From Octopus sinensis (taxonomy: Eukaryota), in assembly GCF_006345805.1 (NCBI RefSeq), contig NC_043007.1, positions 38,006,001-38,070,000 on the forward strand: a stretch of 64,000 nt of DNA, in the 5' to 3' direction. Below the pieces are notes generated by a model. The model was given only the letters and a program-made list of their open reading frames with translations, was not told where the DNA came from and searched no databases. A program made the translations under genes and the position numbers. This document shows positions 38,646 through 52,318 of the stretch, one piece after another. Position 1 is the stretch's first letter, and every line of letters begins with the position of its first letter.

Positions 38646-41600
38646 GAATAAATAAACGACAGAAAATGGGTAACACTAACATTTTCAAACTTTTCCATAC
38701 TGAACATAACGTAAGTAAATACTGATATAGAAAATTGATCGCGGAGGGATTTGAACGCAGAATGAAAAGACGGGAGAAATATCGCAAAGCAAATTTTCGA
38801 CGCTCTAACAATTCTGCCAGCTTCTGTGTGTTATTGTGCCCTAATTGAGTTTGTTATCGAAATACCAACAATAGAACGTTACTTGTTCGTTAGAAAGCTC
38901 CTGCTCCTGTATAGGAAGCATTCAAATAACTAGAAAATAAAAGGAAGTCAACAATTGCAGCGTGGAAGGTGTTTATAAGCCATTTAAGAAACACACAAAA
39001 CCGTTAGATTCACTTCAATATTTAAATTTAATTTGTCGAAATATTTTCGTCGCTTTGAGACCGCGACCTGTTCACTGATAAAATTGCTTGTTAACAGCCT
39101 AATATCATGTAGAAACTGTATCAATAGGCTGGCTGTATCTCAGAACTTTGAATACAAAAAGTAAACAAAAACAAAGAGACTAAGACAAGTGAAGATAACC
39201 TTTGAGCGTCGAATAATATCGTTCACACTGTATCTGTTAATCAACAGCGACAAAGCATTTACTTTAGCCAAGCTCTCAAAAATTAGGTGTGCAATGTTTT
39301 ACAAGCTGGGCGTTTATTTTTCAATATGTTTCAAGTTCCTGAAGATATTTCCCACACAGCTTCAGAACTATCGGACGAACCAACCCCAGCAGATTTCTAA
39401 AGAAGAAACGTTTTACACACCAGCAAAAGCTAATGTATGGATGTGTTTTTTGGATAATTGAAAATGACAGGAAGTGTCGATTATGTCACATGTTTGTGGA
39501 AGATATTACAAGTGATAAGCAGCTACTCCGAAATGTCATCAAGATAGCACATTTCTTTGCTTTATGGCTTTGTTGTCAAAACACTATTCAATGGCTAACT
39601 GTGGGTGGGTGCACTGAGCTCAATAATTAAATAATTAATTCTGACGGCGGGTATATTCACGCGTTCCAATAGAAGTTATTATAGAGGAGAATTCTAGTTT
39701 AAAATGCTGCCAAATTCTAACACAACAGGCCAAAAAAAAAGCCAACAAAAAGGGTGTCTACGGGAGTCAAGCACTAGCAGCCAAACCTCTCAGATTACAC
39801 CCCCATCGTCTTAAACAAAAGGGAGGACACATTGGATAATGCAGACCTGGATATACAAAAATGTGGTCTACATTCAGATAGAATTCCTTTTATCATTAGT
39901 CTGTTCACAAGGCTAAACGACTTCAGCAGCGGTACCTACGACATCTGACAATTGTTTAAGATAGAAAACATCTAGTTGGGGTCACCTGCCATGCTGCTGT
40001 GAATATTATGTAGTGGATCTTGCATGCATGAAGTGGATTCGATCCACCACAGCCAAACTTAAATTAACACTGCAACAGAACTTTTCCCACGGTGGAACAA
40101 TAGTTTTTCTCTGACAGCAGTTTTATATTTTCCAGATGCTTTTAGCTCGGCCGAAATAATGTCTTCGCTATTTGACCCTTTCTAACCTCTTCTACTTCAC
40201 CAAAAGCTAGAATAGAGATAACAAGACCACAAACTAAATTTATTGTTCTCAATGATATATCTATCCTTCTGGATAGTTATATAAGCAAGCACACCCAAGC
40301 AAAAATCAGTTCGTCACAGTCGGTAACGACTCAACGAGGTCTGGCTAACCAACCTTGGTCAGAGGGAGAAAGCAAGTGTGAGACAACACCCTAATATTCT
40401 CTCTAGCTCTAAATTCTGTTCTCTTACAACATCATTCTATCGCTATCTGTGGATTACTACTAACTATTCGTATACGCCAAATTATGTAATGAAACATTCT
40501 ACCGACCCAACTTTACTTCGCATGCTTTTGGATTTTATCATAACCTGTCCGTCGAGGCAAGGTATTGTAACATAATGGTAAATAAGTATTTCCTTAAAAC
40601 TTCATGCATTGTTCATCTTTCACATTTTAGAACATGAGATTATAACAACAACTTTTTATCGTCACAACTGCTGACCTCGACATTTCTTAATATTGTGTTG
40701 CGAAACAATTTCTCCTGCTACAAAGTGGTGACCGTCGACTTGAACCAAAAACTTTATCGTTACAAAAAATACGCCGTTACAATTACCTTCAAAATAATTG
40801 ACTGAAAAATGATTCCATAAACAACAGCTACGAAACGTACAACTTCGCAAATTTACATTTGAACCTATAATTACTGGTGACCTTCGTTAGTGTTTAAGAA
40901 TTAGCATTTCAAAGCTGGGGTTTTCAAGCGATCGGGTTATAGACCGATCGCCTTACACACATTCTGCCATCTCAGTGTCTTAGTGAAATAGTAGAAATAT
41001 GCAAGACATTTAGTATGAAAGACTTGTTATAGTAATCTAAATTCCAGTAATGGGGTTTTGTTTCTAAGAGAATTCAAAGCGTTTGGAAAGAAAGACGTAT
41101 CTATACACGCATGCATTTAATTTTCATACATTAACATGCATTAATTACATTCATACATGATATCCAGTTCATTTCAACACACACTAGCGTTTTGTGGTAG
41201 CGACGCAGGTTTTGTTACACAGAGATTATTTTAGTTTATGTTTTTGAATAGGAGCAATGGCGAAATACGTGAAGGGAAGAGTTAAATGACAGAAGAGCTG
41301 ACAGTCAATGACGTAGAGGTTATCTCCTTTGTTAGAAATAGTAATAGTTGTTGATTAGACACGGGCATACGCACGGAAAGCGTGTGTATAAAATTATAGA
41401 ATTATTTTGTTTGTTAATTGTTTAAATTATTTTCCATTGCTTTCGTTCTTTTTACACGCGTAACAATTAAATTAATTTAACAATTAAGAAAAAAAATATT
41501 TAGGGTTAGGTTGAGGGTTAGTGACAGGATGTTGTCTCAGTTTTAGACGCAGCAAATGATTTTAGCTCAAAAGAGAGCATAGGATTGGTTAAAATTCGAA

Positions 41601-42412
41601 AAATTAAACGACGTTAAACAAACAAATTACAATTTTCTCAAGAAAGCCAAGAGAAAAAAATGTTTTATTTTGACACATTCTACCAGTATACGAAATTTTA
41701 AAGTGTTTAGTTAACTAGAAATTGTGTGCCGTTCAAAAGGAAAAGATCCTGTATCCTTCCTTTTTGTTGAGATTACACACACAATATGCATACGTACATA
41801 TAAATATATACAAGCGCACGCACACACGCACAAGCACACATAAAGGCTGGTCAGTGTTTGCTTTGTATCTGCACCTGACCATTCTGTGAATTCCATTTTC
41901 CACAATGCAGATGGTATCCAAGAGAAAGACAAGATACAGCTTTTAACTTGTATCGAGCCTATGGTAGAAGACACTTGTCCGAGATACCCCAGGTCCTGGT
42001 GAATGCAAAGCAAACATTTTAACCGCTAGGCTATGATTCTACACATATTACTACCATTATTAACACAAGCTATCTACAACAGCGAACGTGCATCTTCCAT
42101 TCATTAATATCCCCATCATTCAAGGAACTCCCAAGTTTCCTTGAAAAAATTTCTGGGGTTCTACGAGATAAGGTGTTTTTTTTTTTGTTTTAAATAAAGT
42201 TTAATAAAAGTCTGTTTCATTAAAAAAATGCATTTTCAGTGTAAGTTATTATATGTGTAGAAATTTTTAATAGCTTAGTAATATTATGGTGGCAAGAATT
42301 ATCTGAGCTATATAGATATGGATTCTGCGATGTTTGGAAATAAGTCAGGGCACTTCTGCACTATGTCACACAAGTACAACCACCTTTCCCTCGGTTACTA
42401 CCGAGACTGGAA

Positions 42413-42414
<2 letters not shown>

Positions 42415-42457
<43 letters not shown>

Positions 42458-42507
42458 CACCACCACCACAACCACCACCACCACAACCACCACAACCACC
42501 ATTACTG

Positions 42508-42541
<34 letters not shown>

Positions 42542-42542
42542 A
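42415..42542. repeat. Compound (ACT)n/(ACC)n trinucleotide repeat
   Basis: Read directly; explains the poly-T, poly-P and poly-L ORFs. Confidence 0.95.
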
Positions 42543-42952
42543 AGCGTTTCGAGTCTTCAGCATTATAATTCACACTACTATACACTCCACTTCTACTGTC
42601 TCGAACCGGAAGTATCTTCCACTACCGGATGTTTCTCACTGTCCGTAGGAGCCCCACCTACCGCCCTTTTTTAACGATCCCTCTGTCACACCCAATTAGC
42701 AATTTTTCAACGCTTCAAAAGTCGTTTCAACAACTCTGAACCTACCCCAACCACACACTGCAACACCACTAATTCCACATAATACCTCTCCGCCTTCCGA
42801 TTCCGACCTCTGGCTTACAGACACAATCCTTTCATATCAGGAAACAGGAAATACTCTATTCTCCTACTTATATGTGCGTATGTGTGTGTATATATGTATT
42901 TGTATGTGAATGCATTTTATATATGTGTATTATATATGTGTGTGTTTATATG

Positions 42953-42989
<37 letters not shown>

Positions 42990-42990
42990 T

Positions 42991-43040
<50 letters not shown>

Positions 43041-43362
43041 TGTATGTATGTGTATATGCGTGTGTGTGTGTATTATGTATGTATGTTGTATGCATAATGG
43101 GTTGTGTTTATATTGTTGGCCGGCGCTTGTGTTTAGTTTTAGTTGGGATATGTTGTAGTACCGAGTGTCAATTACGCAAGGCGGTTGTGTCACTTTATTG
43201 AGGAGTGATTGCATAGAGTGTGTGTTGTGTGTGTCGTGTTATATTACAGGGTGCTGATTCTTGAGCGTCGGACAAAACACTTTGCAGTATTTAGTTACAG
43301 CTCTTTACGTTCTAAGTTCAAATCGCTGGTGATGCCCTGTACTTAATGTGTATTTTTTTAAT

Positions 43363-43396
<34 letters not shown>

Positions 43397-46014
43397 TGTA
43401 TGTATGTATGTATGTATGTATGCATGCATGCATGCATGTATGTATATATATGTATGCATGTATGCATGTATGTATGTATGTATGTATGTATTATGTATGT
43501 ATCTATGTATGTACGCACACGTGTCTACGCGCATAGGTGCACCATGATCTATACACACGCAGACAAGGATCGATTCCTATGAAAAAGAAAGTGAACAAAA
43601 TAATATGACCACTTGCTTATCATCCAATGAGTATTTCTGCCATATGTGGTGAAAATTTGTTCAGCCGTTTTCCAGTAATTTTGCAAGCACACAGACAAAC
43701 AGACAAAGACGAGTGATAATAATACCCTGCTTTCGTTTTCGCGCGCAAGGTAATCATAATTATTAAAATTTAATGCAGTGTATGATAATATATTTTAATG
43801 CATATTATTGCAACATAATACGATGGAAAGTAACTACATGAGAATAATCTAATTTCGATAATTACGAAATACCCCTATCGATATTTGCGTTAATATACAG
43901 TTTAGTTTTGTAAAGAAAAAAGTAAAAGCAAATTGAGTCGGAAATAACGATAAGGAAATCCTGTAATTTCATAAATATGTATCGAAAAAATTACAAACGT
44001 AAATGGTCTAAAGGAAATGGGTGTTTGATGCAGTAGAAAGGGTTACAGGAAAATACTGCCTGAGATTCCCATTTGTGCATGCGAAACATTTTGGCCCATT
44101 ATAACGCAGTGGATATTAATATGGACATGCCTGATATTTAATGGGTGAACTTGTTATGTTAGTTTAGGCTACATATATTGTAGTGAATTATTCTTTAAAT
44201 TTTGTTGATCTCAGAGTGAGAGCATCCGTACGCAGTCTTTCGAAGGACGTCGAATATTCGTGGAACGAGTGAGGCTTTATCAACATCGTATTTCTATGAG
44301 TATATGTGGCAAAATTAATTCAGAGACCGTAAAAAAAACTATATATTCATTCTAGACATCGTTTTCACATTATATAAATACAATGAAATTGTGGGATTTC
44401 ACTGTCGTCATTCTCAGTTTCAATCACCATTTACTTTCACTTTTTAGGGCACTAAACTGCATCTTAAGCGATTTTGGTCTGTAGTATGTTTAACAACGCA
44501 GAGAACACTTTCAAATTTTTGCTACCGCATTCATTCTCTTTCTTTCGTACAGAATTGAAACAAAATAGTTGGTTTCACTTTTTAAGTTTCGTTTTAGGTC
44601 TCTTCCAGAAGGATTTGATGTATGGGTATGAAAACTTTTGTCAAATCTCGCGAAGGTCAACTTTATTGGTCACCTTTTCTGGGTCAATAAATAAAGTACA
44701 ACTAATCTTGAGTAGCCGATTCGTGGAATTGTTAGCGAGTCGTACAAGATACTGTAGCGATATTGATATCCTCATTCTTTGAGAGACACAATAAGAATGA
44801 TCTCGTTTGAGATTACAACCATCTTTGGCTAGTTTGACCCTGTTGTAACCACTGATCTGATTGGTTGGCATCTAGCGCGGTTTGTCTCTCGACTTATTTC
44901 GCGCCAGCTACTATACCTTGTTGTATTTCTTTCGGTTCGTAGCTTGCTGACAGTAACTCCTGTGACAACATTTGTGCTTCGCAATATCGGGTTTAGTCCT
45001 TCCTCTTGGAATCATCGGTGACAGGAAAAAGGAGACATTCTACATTGGAAACTGCTGGCCTGACAGAAAACTTGCTTAGTCATGCTTCCTAAGGAGGGAC
45101 GTTACAGGTCAGACATATGATCATATGCATTAGCAAACTAACAACCGATTCTATTCTAAGCCATTTACTTTACTACACGGGTTTCTGCTCGTATTGGAAA
45201 TAAAACCATTATACAGTATTATAAACTTCAATTAAATGAGATTATCCAAACAATTGGTAGGCGACAGTTCCTCCTGAAAATGATTAGTAGCCGCAGAGGA
45301 CGATGGTTTTAATATATCAAGCAAGTGTTTCTCTAGTTAAAAAGTGTAAGCTTTATTTACAGTGGCATATTTGCCTGTGGTTATATTCTCAGACTGAGCC
45401 AACAAGAGAGACAAACCAATGATAGAGCCGAACTAACATTTACTCAATTTTCTTGCAATATCAGTCGAATCTCTCAAATCACACTCCACTGTCTGAGAAA
45501 CGGAGACATTGGATAAGGCGGCCGTTGATGCATTGGGTCTGAGAAAAAGGCGAGATGTTCACGACTGGAATGTTTTAGATTATAAGCCTTTGAGATTAGA
45601 TTACAGGCCTTTAAATTATAGGCCTTTCAGGACTAACCTGAGACTGAACAACAACAGCAATGTATAAATTGCTACTTCTGACGGAATTATAAATAGTCCA
45701 GCTTATAATCATCTAAACAGCACCATATCATCGGCAAAGCAATGCATTGAGACGTATGACAGCAAACCACAACATGAATAGGTTAGCGCTGGGTCACTAA
45801 ACCCGTGGGAGCTTTGGGCAAATGTCCAACACACCAATGCTTTAAGATGGATCCTTGCCCAGCCTAGCTATTCGTTTCAGTAATTTATTCTTTATATATG
45901 CTAATTTTCTACGCCTATTCGTCTACGCTATTGTATATATACTTAATACAAGTCTATGCTAAGCGGATGAGGTCTAATAATACTGAAACATGTTCGGAGT
46001 TGTTCAATCCCAAT

Positions 46015-46310
46015 GCGTGGCACCTTGGGCAAGTATCTTCTCCGAAGCCTCGTGAGTGAATTTGGTAGACGGAAACTGAAAGAAAACCGTCGTGTGTGTG
46101 TGTCTTTGTATCTATGTTTTCCCTTCCCCAACGCTTGACAGCCGGTGCTGGTGTGTTTACGTTCCTGTAACTTAACGGTTCAGCAAAAGAGACCGATAGG
46201 ATAAGTACCAGGCTTTAAAAAATTAAGTCCTGGGCTCAATACATTTGACTAAATATTCTCCAAAGCAGTTTTCCAGCATGGTCGCAGAACTAACCCAGGA
46301 CCAAAAAGTA
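46015..46310 (+). mobile_element. Degenerate SINE family A
   Basis: GCGTGGCACCTTGGGCAAGT...ACGGAAACTGAAAGAA...GAGACCGATAGGATAAGTAC. Confidence 0.7.
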
Positions 46311-46464
46311 ACAACCACTATACACATACACGCATGCCAAACATAGGCTGTACGTTAAAAGGAAAACAAATCAAAGTTGCTTCTACTAGGAAGCTAGACC
46401 TGCCATTAAAAGTAGCCAAATCTTCCTCAAATTGTGACATACCGACTTAGAAGAGGATATATTT

Positions 46465-46762
46465 GTTTGTTCCTGCTCGAGCCATGCCTGGCTCATAAGG
46501 GCCGGTTTCCCGGTTTCCTTGGCGTAAAGGTTACCCACCTAGACGGGACGCCAGTCCGTCGCAGGTGAGCTGCAAGAGGAAAGAGTGAGAGAAAGTTGTG
46601 GCGAAAGAGTCAGCAGAAGTTTCGCCATTACCTTCTGCCGGAGCCGCGTGGAGCTTAGATGTTTCGCTCATAAACACACACATCGCCCGGTCTGAGATTC
46701 GAACCCACAATCCCTCGACCGCGAATCCGCTGCTATAACCACTAGGCAATGTGCCTCCATAA
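46465..46762 (-). mobile_element. tRNA-derived SINE family C
   Basis: Reverse complement of the 37072 copy. Confidence 0.8.
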
Positions 46763-47793
46763 GAGGATATATTGGAGATTATTGACTTAGATTTTCTGCA
46801 TTTAGAAGGCAGACAAGATAATCGCGTATAGAATGTCTCTTGATCACAAGTCTGCTCGATCAGGGCTGACCTGGGGTTAAGCAACGACATCAAAAAAAGC
46901 CAATGGGGTTGTATTTACGTTGTCATGCGACCTGTTATAAATAGCAGATTACCGCTCAAATTACTCACTATCATCTTACTTAAGGGAAGGATACGCTAAG
47001 CACGCTAAGAATGTAGTACGATATACCTTCAAAAAGATAGAATAACCACCGTTGGAACATCTTTGATAATAGACCTTTCTGGATCAGAGCTGAGTTGGGG
47101 ATAAACAACACAAGTGAATTTATATAATGCACCGACTGTTTAACGCCGGATACGAACAGTCGACTTTTTGGTCAGGGTGTATTATCGATGGAGGAGATAT
47201 TGCTGTATAGCAAACTCAAACCGCACAAATTCTAGAATGGTTTATTATCTTGTGTTATTAATAATTGGCCTCGAACACTGGATGTCGTAAATTTTAAGTC
47301 TACCTGTGTATAGTTATCTCAAATTAATTGAAGTCCTTGTTCCATATGGATAACCCTCCTCCTCTTCCTCCTCCTCGGCCAAGTTACTCCCAGTCGGATA
47401 CCTTGCAGTCTATCTGCTGGCTGACCGAATAACTTTCTAACTGTGGTTCTGGTGAAAGCGCACCTGCGTAACTGATACGGAATCACGACGCTGGCGGTGT
47501 GTGTGTGTGTGTGTGTGTATGAGGAGCACTCCGTCGGTTACGACGACCGTGAAATTAACGTGCAAGTAGCTGAGCACTCCACAGACACGTGTACCCTTCA
47601 CGTAGTTCTCAGGGGTGGGGTGGGGGTTCAGCGTGATACAGAGTGTGACAAGGTTGGCTCTTTGAAATACAGATACTACTCGTTCTTGCCAGCTGAATGA
47701 ACTGGAGCAACGTGAAATAAAGTGCTCAAGGACACAACGCGTCGCGTCGTAAGGTCATATATGCATATATACATATATACATGTATATATGTA

Positions 47794-47835
<42 letters not shown>

Positions 47836-48404
47836 ACACATTCGTGTGTGTGTGTACGTGATTGCATGTATGGATGTTTATAAGTCCAGTATGTATGTAC
47901 ATATATATGTATGTATGTGTGTGTGTGTATGTATGTATGTATGTATGTATGTATGTATGTATGTATGTATGTATGTATGCATATATATATGTATGTATAC
48001 ACACACACACACATGCGTAATATATATATGTAGTCTATTATTTTGCTGAGGCATAGCGATTTGATGATGTCGCACACGCACTCAACTCTAAATACAGGCT
48101 TCTTATAGGTGAAACAGTTACAAGGTGATGTCATTTATTAATTGATACACATATATGTTTATGTGCATATATATGTGTGTGTGTGTGTGGAGGCGCAATG
48201 GCCCAGTGGTTACATACATACATATACACACACACATACACACACACATAGACACACACACATACACACACACAAACATATATATGTATATTATTCAAAG
48301 GAATTCCAACTCTGTTTTTTATGTTTTATTTATATTCTTTATAATATAATGTAGAATATAGAATATATAGTATAAATGATATATATATATATAATATATA
48401 TATA

Positions 48405-48450
<46 letters not shown>

Positions 48451-48639
48451 ATATATATAGTAAAATGAAATGAAGTATTGATTGCCTTATTGAATAGATG
48501 AAATAATGAATATCAAATATTAAGGGACTAGTATACTTTCTTGCATTTAAGCAGTCTTCAAGGTCCCATGTTGTGACAGGAATGTTTCATCATAGTTGAG
48601 ACAGGTTGTGACAGGAATGTTTCATCAGGAGAGTCCATC

Positions 48640-48673
<34 letters not shown>

Positions 48674-49529
48674 CGGGAAGCTTTATGAAAATAAACAAAA
48701 GACGAAGGCAAGTGGAGTACAAACAAACAATTGTATTAGTATGGCGCTCGGGAATATAAATAAAACAAGTCTTTTACCTTTCGAGCCTACGCTCTTCAAC
48801 AGAAAGATACACAGAAAAGAAACACGGAGAGAAACAAGGAGAGAAAAAAAATGCGTGCAGAAGCTAACGATTCAACATGGCGGACTCTCCTGTCGAAGAC
48901 GACGTGTGAGTGTTCAGCTTTTTACCGAACGCCCTGCACAAATGATTTGATTCTAATGATCAAATGTTCGTTCCGCCCATTACTTACTCTCTGCATCAAA
49001 TCAACGTTGTCTGAACAGGTGCACGCGTCCCACTGAACAGATGTACCACGCGTTAAGTGTCGAAGTGATCACAGAGCAACATGAGATAACGTGTTTTGCT
49101 CAACACAATGCACTGTCCTATCTAGGAACTGAAATCACCGTCGCTAGATCTTGAGTGCAACACCCTAACCACCAATCCATGCGCCCTCACACACACACAC
49201 ATATTAATCGAAGTGTACTGTATTATTTATCCATTATGACCATCTTACCAATCGGTTTCGCACTAGATATTCAACGGGATGTTCGGTAACAAGCCGGTTA
49301 TGTAATCCTGCGCTCTTCAGAGTTGACAGTTATATATGCGTATCTGTATACACACTGTATTGACTAACACCGCTACATTGCACACTCTCTAAACATGTAT
49401 ATCCAAATGTTGTGCCCCACTATCACTATTGACAGTCTACAAGATCATGGGCACTAACCAGTTCCTCTGGTATGTATGTATGTCTGTATGTATGTATATA
49501 TGTATGTGTGTATGTTTATATATGTAGAT

Positions 49530-49603
<74 letters not shown>

Positions 49604-50013
49604 TGATAGATGTATACACACTCACATTTATACATAATTATAGTCATTCGTACACACACACTCATATACATATCTGTATGGTGTGTGCATGTATGCATAT
49701 GCACACGTGCACACGCACGCGTATCAATAAAGTATGTGCGTATATATGTATGTGTGTAAGTATACTTATCTACAGACCTACGTACATACACACATACATA
49801 CACACATGCCTAAATACATACACACATACATACATACATACATACATACATACATACATACATACATACATACATACATACATACACACATAAATACATA
49901 CATATACACATACATACATAGGGGGAGAATTCACGAAAAAAAACAAAAGACGAAGACAGGTGGTGTAGAAAATAAACAGATGTATTAGTATAACGCTCGG
50001 GAACTGAAACAGT

Positions 50014-50049
50014 CTTTAACGTTTCGAGCCTACGCTCTTCCACAGAAAG
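50014..50049 (-). ncRNA. Minimal type-I hammerhead-like motif, family H1 (best copy)
   Basis: CUUU-CUGUGGA-A-GAGC-GUAG-GCUC-GAAAC-GUU-AAAG; stems I and II fully paired, stem III is the self-complementary AACGUU. Confidence 0.55.
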
Positions 50050-50147
50050 GAACACAGAAAGAAATAAGGGGAGAAACAAGGAGAGAAAAAAAAATGTGTG
50101 TAGTGGCTGCCGATCTATCATGGCACATACATACATACATACATACA

Positions 50148-50202
<55 letters not shown>

Positions 50203-50940
50203 ATGAATGTATTTGTAAATAAATCCGCCCAACCAACCAACCAACAAACAACGAACGAACAAATAAGCCAAAACCAAACACGCAAAACCTCAGCAGAGAA
50301 CTAAGAATAAACTACCTTTTCTGGGTCAACAATGGACACATTTTATTTTTCTTCTTCACAACAACATATTGACATATTTCCTACAAGAAAAAACATCGTA
50401 AAAATAAATGTAATAAAAATAATGATAATAAACGAAACGAAAGGAAGATTCGTTCCCTATTGTATTTGTCTTTGTTTGTATTGCTGTACCGTTTAGTTTT
50501 TTGTTTGTTTGTTTGTTTTTTTGTTATTTATTTATCTATTTACTTATTTATTAATTCATTCTTACACAAATATATGTCTATTGAAATACGTATCGTTAAA
50601 ATGATCTCTTGTCATACATTATTGTAATTGACGTGACAGAAACTGCTGGGCTGCTGAATTAAAAATGTGTTCTCAGTACTTATTGATTAAGGTTTCAGTT
50701 ATGTAATACAACACAGATCCTCATACAAGTTAGGGAGTCTCTAAGCACTGAACAGCAAAGGTACTTTTTTGTTTTTCTTGTCTTTTATCTTTTACATGTT
50801 TCAGTCTTTGGACAGCATCTTGAAGAGTTTTGCTGAACAAATCGACGCAGGGCGCTTATTTTTCAAGTCTGGTACTTATCCAGTTAGTGTGTTTTGACGA
50901 GCCGCTAAGTTACGGGTGCGCAAACAGAGCAAGACCAATT

Positions 50941-51070
50941 AGAGGAGGAGGGGAGGAGGAGGAGGAGGAGGAGGAGGAGGCGGAGGAGGAGGAGGAGGAG
51001 GAGGCGGAGGAGGAGGCGGCGGCGGCGGCGGCGGCGGAGGAGGAGGAGGAGGAGGAGGAGGAGGAGGAGG
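50941..51070. repeat. (GAG)n/(GCG)n trinucleotide repeat
   Basis: Read directly. Confidence 0.95.
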
Positions 51071-51204
51071 AATGGTTATGAAAGTGAAGTGTATCTTGAG
51101 TACTGGATTCACAAACGCCTTATCAATGGTCCATAGATGTCCGCTTTCTCTTGTATTTTTCGAATCATACTGGTATTCAGGGGACAACTCATTTTCATGG
51201 CTGT

Positions 51205-52284
51205 GATGTATGTATGTATGTATGTATGTATGTATGTATGTATGTATGTATGTATGTATGCATGTATGTATGTATGTATGTATGTATGTATGCATGTATG
51301 TATGTATGTATGTATGTATGTATGTATGTATGTATGTATGTATGTATGCAGGTATGTATGTAGTATGTATGTATGAGTATGTATGTATGCATGTATGTAT
51401 GTATGTATGTATGTATGTATGTATGGAAGTTATTGTTGACAAACAACAGCAGTAATTTTATTCAGCTGAATACACGTCATTGATTGGTTGAAATGACCGA
51501 AATACTACAACTTAACGTGAAATAGCTCTCCTAAATATAAGCTTTTCTCAAAAAATCTTGAGAGTAAAAGATGTTTTATATGACACAGTCTACCAGTGTC
51601 CGAAGTTTGAAAGGGTTAGTTACAAAAAATTATTTTTAAATCTGTCGGTCAAAAGGTAAAGATCCTATGTATGTATGTATGTTGTATGTATGTATGTATG
51701 CATGTATGTGGTATGTATGTATGTATGTATGCATGTATGTATGTATGTATTATGTATGTATGTATGTATGTATGTATGTATGTATGCATGTATGTATGTA
51801 GTATGTATGTATGTATGTATGTATGTATGGTATGTATGTATGTATGTATGTATGTATGTATGGGAAGTTATTGTTGACAAACAACAGCAGTAATTTTATT
51901 CAGCTGAATACACGTCATTGATTGGTTGAAATGACCGAAATACTACAACTTTAACGTGAAATAGCTTCCTAAATATAAGCTTTTCTCAAAAACTCTGAGA
52001 GTAAAAGATGTTTTATATGACACAGTCTACCAGTGTCCGAAGTTTGAAAGGGTTTAGTTACAAAAAATTATTTTTTAAATCTGTCGGTCAAAAGGTAAAG
52101 ATCCTATGTATGTATGTATGTATGTATGTATGTATGTATGTATGTATGTATGTATGTATGTATGTATGTATGTGTGTATGTATGTATGTATGTATGTATG
52201 TATGTACGTACGTACGTATGTATGCATATATATATGTATGTATGTATGTATGTATGCATGTGTGTATGTATGTATGCATGTGTG

Positions 52285-52318
<34 letters not shown>

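Noticed and set aside
42543-42563. CUGAAGA-CUC-GAAAC motif on the minus strand
   Set aside because: No room for stem II and no stem I partner; treated as chance.
45012-45020. Shared LNPIL pentapeptide between two candidate exon frames (near 44990 and 32650)
   Set aside because: Expected by chance given the number of short frames compared.
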